From Nageia nagi (taxonomy: Eukaryota; Plantae; Pinophyta): a stretch of DNA of 64,000 nucleotides. The notes under the pieces were generated by a model that had not been told where the DNA came from, made no database searches, and saw only the letters and a list, made by a program, of their open reading frames with translations. A program made the translations under genes and the position numbers. Shown in pieces: positions 14,920 through 25,530 of this stretch (position 1 is the stretch's first letter; every line of letters starts with the position of its first letter). The stretch spans positions 58,652,001-58,716,000 of the forward strand of contig JBITNC010000001.1 of NCBI GenBank assembly GCA_050084985.1. Reading direction: 5' to 3'.

Positions 14920-15772
14920 TGTTAACACATAAAAATGAATTTATGTTTTTAAATCAATAAATTAATGAAATATGTTTGGCCTAAATATATGTCTTGAATG
15001 TATTAAGGTGATAATATCAATGTTTGTCTTGAATATGAATTTTATAATGATTATCTTGAATATTGCATGGGTTATCTTGAATATTGCATGAATTATCTTG
15101 CTTACTGGTGTTTTTATCTTGAATATTGTGAATTAGCCTTATTTATGTAGATGCATGCCGACCCATGGGTTGTATTATCTATTATCTATATAAATAAGGG
15201 ATCTAATAGTAAGTCCACACAACAAGGATACACACGATCCCGCGTATGGTCTTGTAAGTGGCAACCCCTTAAGGTATCTCTTGGTACCACCTACAAGGCT
15301 ATGGTTTGTGTGCTTCCTTTCGCGAGCTATCCTAACATCCACAATCTATTCTGATATCGCACTGCTATCTGAGACACCCGTATTGAAGTTCTGGACTTGA
15401 TTGAGAGGTCAAGAATCATCAAACGAAGGTCATCGATGCTCCTTTATGAACCAAAAACACCGTTGGTGCTCTTATATCACTAAAATAGACCGCCCACGGT
15501 CCTATTGTTGCATCTTCTCATGTCACTACGATTTTGGAAGGGCAGCTCATCATCAGTGCATCGCCAACATATTCATCTTTCGTTGTCAGGTACGTTTCGT
15601 GAGGTAAGTACACAAATTACAGTCTTGGTTGGTATAATTACATTTTTGAGTTGGTTATTTTGTTTATTGCTATTTAAAATAAATTGCTATCCGTAGCTCA
15701 AATACAGATAATATTGAGTTTGTATATATTTGCCTATTTGTTTATTTGCATGCTCAATTTTATTTGTAAACA
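14920..15772 (+). repeat. 5' LTR (853 bp)
   Basis: Direct repeat of 20259-21107; TG...CA ends; TATA-like TATATAAA at ~15188. Confidence 0.97.
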
Positions 15773-15774
15773 TT

Positions 15775-15791
15775 TGGTGAACCCGACATGA
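15775..15791 (+). promoter_or_regulatory. Primer binding site complementary to the tRNA-Trp 3' end
   Basis: TGGTGAACCCGACATGA versus the reverse complement of the recalled plant tRNA-Trp 3' end TGGTGAACCCGACGTGA (1 transition), 2 nt after the LTR. Confidence 0.85.
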
Positions 15792-15794
15792 AAC

Positions 15795-17830
15795 ATGCTT
15801 GCTAATTTGAAAATGAACAAAGATATAGGTGAATTTTCAGATTATTCTTCATTAGTTCAATCATCACCTAAGAGAAAAAGAAAAACATGGAAAGGAACAG
15901 AGCCAACTAGGAAAAGTGCTAGATTAAATAAGGAAAGTGCTCCTTGGATTATTAAAGATAAACTTCCAGATGAGGAATCCTATCATGGTGATTCCGAAGA
16001 CAATGATAGTTTTGATGGTGAAACCTTAGAAAATATCAGCCAAATGTTCGAAAAAGATTTGTCAATAACCCTATACCGACCTAATAGATTCAATAGCTGG
16101 AACCTTACCGAAGAAAAACTTAGGTTAGTGCAACAGTTTATGAAAGATTTTGGGATGTTCTACAAATTTGCCACAGACACTAGTACAGCATATTCTTTTC
16201 ACTATTTATGGAAATTCAAAACTACAAATAATCTGACATCGATCATTAGAGCATCTTTTATCAAACCAACTATGACTATTATAGAAGATCGTGAAAATTT
16301 TTATGTGCCATGCTTTAACCAACAAACTTCTACTCCTAGGGATATTAAAACAAATATGTGCGAATCTATGTCATCTCTAACCCTTGTTGAATGTGAGAGA
16401 AATCATGAAGCAATAATGCAGGAAGAAATGAATAATGGATACTCAGATGAAGAGGAAGTGGTACATTTTGATGAAGAGTTAGATGATGAGTTAGAGATAG
16501 AGCTTGAAATGGACTCTATAGCACAAAGATTGGTTGATGCTTACCCCTATTGGTCCGATCGAGAGAAAGAGATTAAAGAAGCAGAAGTAAGAAGGGTTAT
16601 CAGCATAGGATCTTATCAGAAATCATAATCATGCACAAAAGAGATCATCATAAGGGAATTAGAAATGCAGCTAGTACAGGAATGGAGGGAACAGAATTTA
16701 AGATTCGCCCTAGGACCATCAAATCACGAGAAAGAAGAAGAGACAGAAGGGTGTAAAACCCAGAAGAGAAGTCAGATCAGGGTGACATAGAAAAACAAAG
16801 GCAAAAAGAGATAGCAGAACAAAGAATGGCACAACTTCAAGCAATGGCCGAGCAGCTCAAAAAGTTAACATTATTACATGATGAAAAAGCAAATAAATAT
16901 CTAGTAGAAAATCATCCTCTTTGCACAAGAATAAGAAGAAGAGCATGGGAAGGGGAAGATATTGAATTCAGCAAATACAATGGCATAAGTGATCCAAGGA
17001 TGCACATCACGATTTTTGAGGAGGCAGCTTGTAGTCACCTTCATGATGAGGATATGTTAGCTAGGTTATTTCAGCTCAGTCTAGGGGAAGAAGCCTCAGA
17101 ATGGTTTTATGACCTAAAGGACCAAAGTATCACCAACTATGGACAGTTAAAATGGGAATTCTTAGATCGGTATCAGCACAGCATAAAGAAAAAACCTGCC
17201 ATCATGGATTTGGCTAGAATGAGACAAGGGAAGAATCAATCATTTGAAGAGTTTGTAGTAGCTTGGAAGAAAGTGGCGACATACATAGATTTAAGTGAAA
17301 AAGAGTTGAAGCAGATGTTGATAAAGTCACTAAGGGATGAGGTGATGCTTGAATTTTTCAATTACCTAGAACAACCCCTTGCAGAAATGATCCTATCCAT
17401 GATCTGAAAAGAGAGACATTTGATGAAAATTGGTTTATGGGGGCATAAGAAAGATGAGAAACCAATACCAGCCAAAGTGATAGCTACAGTTACATCAACT
17501 AAAGAGTCACGAGGACCCACCAAACAAAAGACCCCTAGAGCATATACTAAGGTTACTGAAGATCATGATGAGTTGTTACAGTCATTGGTGCAAAGAGGTT
17601 TGATTCAGTTACCACCAGTAAATCAAAGAAACATAAGGACTACAGGAGGATTTTGCAAATATCACAGGGGTCATGGCCATAAAACTTGTGAATGTAAGAA
17701 ATTCAGAGATATTATTCAGGATTTAGTAGACAAGAAGGCTATCTCATTTAACCAACCAGAAGAAAAGAAAAAGGCTCCAGTACACACAGATAACGAAAAG
17801 TTGGGGATATATAAGGACCCCATGCCGTAG
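15795..17830 (+). pseudogene. gag: Gag with a long acidic/basic N-terminal extension (originally ~680 aa)
   Basis: ORFs 15795-16628, 16826-17407 and 17420-17830 join into one frame via TAA 16626, one missing base at ~16760 and in-frame TGA 17405. Retrotrans_gag motifs FSKYNGISDP, LFQLSLGEEASEWF and MRQG, plus FCKYHRGHGHKTCEC. Confidence 0.85.
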
Positions 17831-19291
17831 CATAGTACCGAAATATTATATGCCTAGGGACACATGACAAAAGGAATCAAGATATCAAAAAGATAGTCAG
17901 AAGGACGACAAAATGAGGCTAGCACCAGTGGGAGCTCTAGGCCCTCTGGAGGCATCATTTGGTAGATCAAAAAAAAAAAAGAGAGAGAGAGAGAAGCTAA
18001 TAGTCAGTGCAGGTCACTAACGGATGTCATGGTCAAGAGATTGGGGGACTTCATGATGTCATAGCAGGAGCACCGGTGTTATATTTTGTGCTAATAGGAT
18101 CATCGGTGGTCCTCTTTTAGTAAAAAAAAAAAGGGAAAAAATCAAAAGATTCCAATTCCCTCCCACAGCGTGAGAACTCAAAATTTCAGGTTGTATCGTT
18201 GGCTTTCATTTTCAGGAATCACAGAGCATCAATTTCACCTCCATCACAAGCACATGCACAAGAGCAAATCAGGTACCAAAATTTGTGTTTCATATATATA
18301 TCATGATCAAAATGTTTTTGTTTACAATGCACTCTGGCCGGATGGTCGCATAAGGTATGAACGATTCTGTAAGAAAAGAGTGACAGAAAGCAAGTCAGTA
18401 TCAGATATGAAACAAAAATAGCAAAAATAGTACTGGTAAAGAGGATCACCCACGGTCTAGACCAGGTAAAAAGGACCGCCCACGGTCCAAACTAGAGCAA
18501 AAAGGACCACCAGCGATCCTGTTTCTGTGCATAAAGGTTGATAAAATTTGGGGTACAGGTTCGTACCGATGAGCATAGTATAGCCATGATACCAAAAATT
18601 TGAAAAATGGAATGTAAGGGTAAAAATGATGGGCTAGGGTATTCAACAGGAAAACCCTAGGGGCAACTTGGAAAACCAGCATGCGGGTAGCTAAAATCTG
18701 AAGATAAGCAAAAGCATAGCAAGGAAAAGGTAAGAGATGAAATGTACCTGATGATCGATAGGAGAATCAGCCACTAAGGCAACTCTGTGTCCATCCTGGT
18801 ACGTGATTGGTAGGGCCATAGTGTGCAGCATAGCAGTACAAGAAATATCACCTAGCGATAGCGACAAAATCACTAGCCAAACCTCTCTGACTCAGTCTCT
18901 CAAGCTCTAGGATACTCTCAGCTATGAGAATGATAGTGTGACCAAATGAGGAAGGGTGGGGCCCATTTTATAGAAATGTTAGGGCACACACTTCAAGATA
19001 ATTTTGATTTGAGCATTCGGTGTACGTGGACAAGCAACCAGGTATCAATCTGGAATCCAAGAGTGATTCATAGGGGCCTGATCTTCACGGTTTTTGATGA
19101 ATCCTCAAGAAAAGGACCGCCTACGGTCTTAGGTGAAGATCACCGATGTTCTAAATCTACTAGAAAGGACCGCCCGTGTTCCTTTTTTTAGTAAATCAGC
19201 TCATCCAAGTATCATGGACATATCACAGGTGCTTAACCAATGTCATATCTAGGATAATATTGCTTTGAATCTCACGTTTACAAGGTTGTGT

Positions 19292-19870
19292 TATCAGTTT
19301 ATCATGCCTCTTGGTGGAGTTCCAGCTCCTGTTATCAACTTATCATGCCTCTTGGTGGAGTTTTAGCTCCATCAGTTTATCATTATTTTGTGAAGTTCGA
19401 TTCTTATGCAACTGCAGCATACCTCTTGGTGTGAAGTCTCAGTTGTGTGGAACTTAACTCTCCTCTATCAGCTTATCATGCCTCTTGGTGGAGTTTCAGC
19501 TCCATCAGTTTATCATTGTTTTGCAGAGTTCGGTTCTTATGCAACTGCAGCATACCTCTTGGTGCGAAATCTCAGTTGTGTGGAACTTAGCTCTCCTCTA
19601 TCAGCTTATCATGCCTCTTGGTGGAGTTTCAGCTCCATTAGTTTATCATTATTTTACGAAGTTTGTTTCTTATGCAACTGCAGCATACCTCTTGGTGCGA
19701 AGCCTCAGTTGTGTGGAACTTAGCTCTCCTCTATCAGCTTATCATGCCTCTTGGTGGAGTTTCAGCTCCATCAGTTTATCATTATTTTGCGGAGTTCAGT
19801 TCTTATGCAGCTGCAGCATGCCTCTTAGTGAGAAGTTTTAGCTTTCATTGCAATGTATAGAACTTAGCTC
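19292..19870. repeat. Tandem array of four 133-bp units plus a 41-bp partial unit in the element 3' region
   Basis: Unit starts TATCA(G/A)CTTATCATGCCTCTTGGTGGAG at 19333, 19466, 19599 and 19732; partial copy at 19292. Confidence 0.97.
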
Positions 19871-20258
19871 TCCCCTACGTGCGATCATGGTTATCATGTC
19901 TCGTCTTGTGATGTGGTCTTGTCAAGTCGTCTGTTAGGTCATCATCATGTGTGTTGTCAAGTTTGTTGTCATGAGTAATCAGTGTTGCGGCAAGATTATC
20001 AGATTATCAGATATATCAGGCTATCACCTTCTATGGCAAAATGCAAGGGGCAAGCATGCCCAAGGTAATATCAAAAGGGAGTTTTCTCAACCCATATCTA
20101 GTACTAATAAGCTTTGTCATGATGTTGTTTAAGTTTAGAATGGTTAGTGTTTATTATTGCTTATCAAATTGTTTGCTATGATATTGTGTTTTTACTTTGA
20201 ATGCAAAATCTCAACTCACCTCATGTTTCTTTCGATTTCACATCCAAAGTGGGGCATC

Positions 20259-21107
20259 TGTTAACACATAAAAATGAATTTATGTTTTTAAATCAATAAA
20301 TTAATGAAATATGCTTGGCCTAAATATATGTCTTGAATGTATTAAGGTGATAATATCAATGTTTGTCTTGAATATGAATTTTATAATGATTATCTTGAAT
20401 ATTGCATGGGTTATCTTGAATATTGCATGAATTATCTTGCTTACTGGTGTATTTATCTTGAATATTGTGAATTAGCCTTATTTATGTAGATGCATGCCGA
20501 CCCATGGGTTGTATTATCTATTATCTATATAAATAAGGGATCTAATAGTAAGTCCACACAACAAGGATACACACGATCCCGCGTATGGTCTTGTAAGTGG
20601 CAATCCCTTAAGGTATCTCTTGGTATCGCCTACAAGGCTATGGTTTGTGTGCTTCCTTTCACAGCTATCCTGACATCCACGATCTATTTTGATATCGCAC
20701 TACTATCTGAGACACCCGTATTGAAGTTTTGGACTTGATCGAGAGGTCAAGAATCATCAAACGAAGGTCGTCGGTGCTCCTTTATGAACCAAAGAACACC
20801 GTCGTGCTCTTATATCACTGAAAAGACCCCGCGGTCCTATTGTTGCATCTTCTCAGGTCACTACAGTTTTGGAAGGGCAGCTCATCATCAGTGCATCGCC
20901 AACATATTCATCTTTCGTTGTCAGGTACGTTCCGTGAGGTAAGTACACAAATTACAGTCTTGGTTGGTATAATTACATTTCTGAGTTGGTTATTTTGTTT
21001 ATTGCTATTTAGAATAAATTGCTATACGTAGCTCAAATACAGATAATATTGAGTTTGTAGATATTTGCCTATTTGTTTATTTGCACGCTCAATTTTATTT
21101 GTAAACA
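20259..21107 (+). repeat. 3' LTR (849 bp)
   Basis: Direct repeat of 14920-15772, preceded by the PPT and followed by TSD GTATA. Confidence 0.97.
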
Positions 21108-21453
21108 GTATACCAGAACACATTGTTGGTGATGAAAATTTAATGTTACAATTACTATTTTGGAGGAACTTTTATATATTAGTGGAAGCAAATTGAATGA
21201 GTTCTTCATACCATACACACTCAAATGGCCAAACAAAAATAATTAATAATTGATCTTTTAAGATGTTTTACATGTGATAAATGTACATATTGGATTATAT
21301 ACCTTCCCTTAAAATAATAGTGATAAATACACATATAATTGTATCATTTCCATTAAGTTGTCCCAATATAAGGTACTTTGTGGTAAAAAATTATCCTACA
21401 TTGATGGACTATATGTTGCATTCAACAAAGATAAATTGATATGAAATGGATCA

Positions 21454-22765
21454 TGTATAAATAATGCCAAATATCATTGGAGTGAGGACTTGGCACATTC
21501 TCATGTTTTGGTGGTATTTGGAATATTTTCCTATTGGTTTATGGAATTGTTGTGGCTAGAAACAATCACAAAATAGATCAGTCATCTTTTTGAAGGCATA
21601 CATTTTAATAGATATATCCAATTGAGTTGATTATTTTTTCATTGGATATTCATCAATGATACCTTTTAAATGAGTATATGCATGCCTACCTTTATTGAAA
21701 ATTTGACCTACATCCAAGATATTTTCCTCCAAACTATCTTGTTCAAGGAAGTTGTTACACTAGCACCAATGCTCCAACCAGCACCCATACTGGTGTTTCT
21801 GGGGAATTTGGGTGTAGGATTTTGTATTTGATCAATTTAGCATATCAATGTATCAAATAAGATTCTACAAACCAAGTATTATTAGAAGATTGACATTAAC
21901 ATTGGTTAAGACCTAGCATTTGACTCAACACCCGAGTGGACACTCGACTTTATCATTGCTAACGTTGATGTTAGTGCCAACACTAAGGTCACCACTAACG
22001 TTGGAGAAACATATACAGGAGGAATTTGAAGCGATTTAAGTCATTTTGAAGTGTTATGGAAGTTGAAGAACCTTTAGGAACTTAAAGGGATGTCATTTTC
22101 AAAATCCGTTTAGCTCCCTATTGATTTTATAAACAATCCAAAAATCCAAGAGGAGCATACACAAGAAGCATAGGAGATGGAATGACCTAGTGGAGTATTC
22201 TTATTGTATTCCCACAAACAAAACATGTTGTCATTGTTAGTTGTAGACTGTTAGATGGAGACCAAAATATAGGAATAGAAAAACTTCATAAGAAGGGATA
22301 ATCCTTTCCATTCTCCATGTTGTAATATTAATTAGATGATGGAAAATATCATATCCATCCTAATCAAGTTGTGTTGTAATATTGATTAGATAATGGATAA
22401 TATCATAACCATCCTAATCAAGTTGTGTTATAATATTGATTAGAAGATGGACAATATCATAAGCATCCTAATCAAGTTGTGTGGTGATATTAATTAGATG
22501 ACATACAATATCATAACCATCCTAGTCAAGTTGTAATAAGCCATAGTGTAGGATGAACAATATCATAGTCATTCTTTGTTATTTTAGTTCTTATGTGTTA
22601 CGAAGATCAATGATGTAATAGTGGAAGTTGCATTCTTGAGAGCATACTATATTTGTGAGAATTATAGTGTGTGATTCTAGTGCATGAACAAGAAAATGAA
22701 ACCAATAAAATTATGAAATTTGTATTTGAGGATTATTTGGAAGCCATATGCTTAAGGCGATTACA
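21454..22765. mobile_element. Probable solo LTR (1.3 kb) inserted in the chromovirus integrase
   Basis: TGTA...TACA ends; flanks GATCA (21449-21453) and AATCA (22766-22770); host integrase reading resumes after it (EFLSLLKDNL at ~22806). Confidence 0.65.
22318..22534. repeat. Four tandem 54-bp palindromic units
   Basis: Period 54 (22321, 22375, 22429, 22483); units carry TT(G/A)ATTAG..GATGG and CCATC-CTAATCAA inverted arms. Confidence 0.93.
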
Positions 22766-24679
22766 AATCATAAATGAAATGGATGATATGCTACAACATC
22801 AATAAGAGTTTCTCTCCTTACTCAAGGATAACCTTTAGTAAGCATACAATCACATGAAATAATAAAAGGACTAACATAATATAGAAAGAAGCTCTAAGGA
22901 AGGTGACATAGTATTTTTGCAACTTAAACTATATAAATGAAGAGGGTGATATAACCTTTCGCAAGCATAAAATAATAAAAAATATCAAGATAAATATATG
23001 AAGAATCTCTAATGAAGGTGACATGGTGTTCCTTCAACTTAAACTATATAAAAAGATAACGTTGAAGATAAATACCAAATAAAAGTTAGCATTCAAGTTC
23101 CAAAAATTATATAAATTACTTAAGAAGATTGGCCAAGTAGTCTACCAATTAGAATTGCTAACATCTTCAGAATTTCATCTTATTTTCATGTTTCTTGTAT
23201 TAGATATGTATATAGTGAAAATAATCAATCATAAACATTACTTTTATAACTTGATGATGAAGAAAGGATGTTACTAGAACTAGATTATTTTTGGATAAGT
23301 ACTTAAGAAAGCTAAGGAAACAAAAAAATTAAGGAATTACTTATCAAATGGAAGGACATACCAAAGAAAGAAACAACTTGGGAAAATGATATTTTAAAGG
23401 GCTTTCCAAAACTGTAAGCTTTGGGAATAAGGCTTTTTCGACAAGGGAATGTATCTTATAACTCTACCATAGTTACACATTTGTCTTTAATTTCATTGGC
23501 TCTGGCAATATCATATGGATAGTCAACTATGGAGCATAGGGTTTAGTGCCTTAGTTGTATTTAATTATGAATAAGATGAGAGGTTATATCTATAATTATC
23601 ATTATGAATTCATATCTCATTTGGTATGTTTGAATACTTGGGAAGTTGCCTCCTCAAAGTAGCAGTCACTTTGTGATCTACTCATTATCATCCATTGAGA
23701 ACTTATGCTATTTGATTACTTAAATTTATAAAAGATACAATATTGTTATGCTATCAATCGCTTGGTTATATTGATTATGTTGCTATTAGTTTGTGTTATT
23801 ATAATATCTAATGTGATTATATATAATTTCTATTACTATGTTAGGTAAACCATAGCACTCATATGCTATTAAACTATATTGTTGCTAGATCAAAGTGTAG
23901 TATGATTTAATCTAGAATCATTTTGCCACTTTGCAAATGGTTATCTTTGTTTTTGAAATTCATTACTACATCACCTACAATATTAAAACTCAATTTGATA
24001 TCAACTAATCAATTTTGAGGGGTCTACTTCAAGAAAATTTATTTGCCTTATTCACAATTAGACTTTATCAAGCAAAATAATTTTGTAGTTATCTTTGAGG
24101 ATGGAAATCAAGAACATAAAAAACTTTGTTGTTACATTTAAGCTCAAAAGAGATTTTCTAAACAAAAAAAAAAGTAGTTGAATGATTTTAAATTTCAAAA
24201 TAAACTTCCAAAAGTCACGTAGGTTGAACTTGAAAATGATATTAAAAAAAATTATTTGACAAATTTAACAAATCATACCATAATTTAATCATTTGAAATT
24301 ACTTTTTAAAGTTTAGAGAATATAAACATCAATTTAACTTATCTGTTTTCATAAATAATCACTCCATAATTGAATATTAACCCGAAACATATATCAAAAT
24401 AATGCAGTTGATATTAAAATTAACATAAGCAATTATCATATATATAATATGAAAAATTGAACTAGTGATTTGAATAATTTCAAATATTTATAGTAAGCAC
24501 ACTAAGTTAAATGTTAACCACCTAAATTAACAATCAATTCCATGATATCCATGATCTTTCATTCTATTTCAGCCAATGCAGGTTGAATTAATCTCATCAC
24601 GTCATATATCAATTTTGAGATATTGGTGTTCATCGACATCCCATTTGTTATTCATATGGTATTCAAACATGGGACTTTC

Positions 24680-25335
24680 GGTCAAATTGTGTTCTCAAGA
24701 AAACTAGCTTCTTGGATGACAACTATGGCTTTTGTCACTTCCTATGATTTCCTGTTCACCGTTTGATAGAAAACTAGTTTCTTTTGACATATTAAAATCC
24801 ACATCATCATGCAGTTCCAAAAGAGGATGCATTACAAAAGTTTATTTTTAAGTACATGTAGGGCAAGCATGAGACTAGCTTCCTCTAAGGAGGAAATCCA
24901 GATATGTAGACTTACTGGATGATGCAAACTCCAATGCATTCAGCTTAGCATGCACATTCCAAATTCCAATGGGCAAGTTCCAAGAAACACCCCTTTCCAT
25001 ATAAACACAGTTTCTTCACCCTGCAAATTTATCACTCACCAATACCATCCTAACCCATAGCCTATTAAAACCTAGTTTTACATTTTCCAAATTTATCATA
25101 TTTACCTCACCGTCAACTTATATCTCCTGGGAAAGGCCTTGACCAACATTGAATGGACCATATAGGATAATTCGAGGGACATGACACCATTGACACGATC
25201 ATCTAATCTACAAGAAACGTTTTGTGGGTGAATTACCAATAGACATGCTCGTCCACATACATTTTTGGTAATTTACAACGGGTCATTTTTGGCTGATAGC
25301 AAGTTTTTCAAATTTGGTAAAATAGGTGTGGTCAA
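24680..25335. promoter_or_regulatory. W-box cluster upstream of the TNP gene
   Basis: TTGACC at 25139; GGTCAA at 24680 and 25330; further TGAC cores at ~25111, 25190 and 25281. Confidence 0.35.
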
Positions 25336-25530
25336 TTTTTGTGTTTGTTGTTGAGTGGTAGGCGTTTAGAAAATGGCAATTTTTTTATTTTTTATTTTAT
25401 TTTTGATTGTAAGGGTCTTTCGGAGTGAGTGTTTTGGAACTGGAAGTAGTAAGTGGTGTTAAGTGGGAGTGGAAATAAGAATGCATGAAAGTGCAAAAGC
25501 ACTGATTTTGGGAAGAAGGAAGATGGGTGA

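Larger units (their letters stand above)
14920..21107 (+). mobile_element. Young non-autonomous gag-only LTR retrotransposon (Tat-like gag, tRNA-Trp PBS)
   Basis: TSD GTATA at 14915-14919 and 21108-21112. LTRs 14920-15772 and 20259-21107 (TGTTAAC...GTAAACA) differ at about 30 positions in ~850 bp by manual count. PBS 15775-15791; PPT AAAGTGGGGC at 20246-20255. No PR, RT, RH or INT seen. Confidence 0.95.
13750..23970 (+). mobile_element. Decayed chromovirus (Ty3/gypsy) 3' half: RT end-RH-INT-chromodomain-PPT-LTR, split by two nested insertions
   Basis: LKGFLGLTSYCRK at ~13816; ISMDFIKGL at ~14750; integrase continues across 14919/21113; chromodomain KELLIKWKDIPKKETTWEN at ~23330-23390; purine tract ~23443; probable 3' LTR ~23457-23970 ending TACA. 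Confidence 0.8.

Noticed and set aside
15500-15560. Hammerhead ribozyme (retrozyme) in the LTR: CTGATGA on the minus strand
   Set aside because: No stem II followed by GAAA; the CTGATGGAG..GAAA in the 133-bp array also lacks the conserved core.
16752-16765. Programmed -1 frameshift between ORF1 and gag
   Set aside because: AAACCCA is not in X XXY YYZ phase with the upstream frame.
19406-19860. Three overlapping ORFs
   Set aside because: By-product of a 133-bp (non-triplet) tandem repeat.
21441-22784. 11-bp direct repeat ATGAAATGGAT as a MULE TSD
   Set aside because: No terminal inverted repeats; TGTA..TACA ends with a 5-bp TSD explain the insert better.
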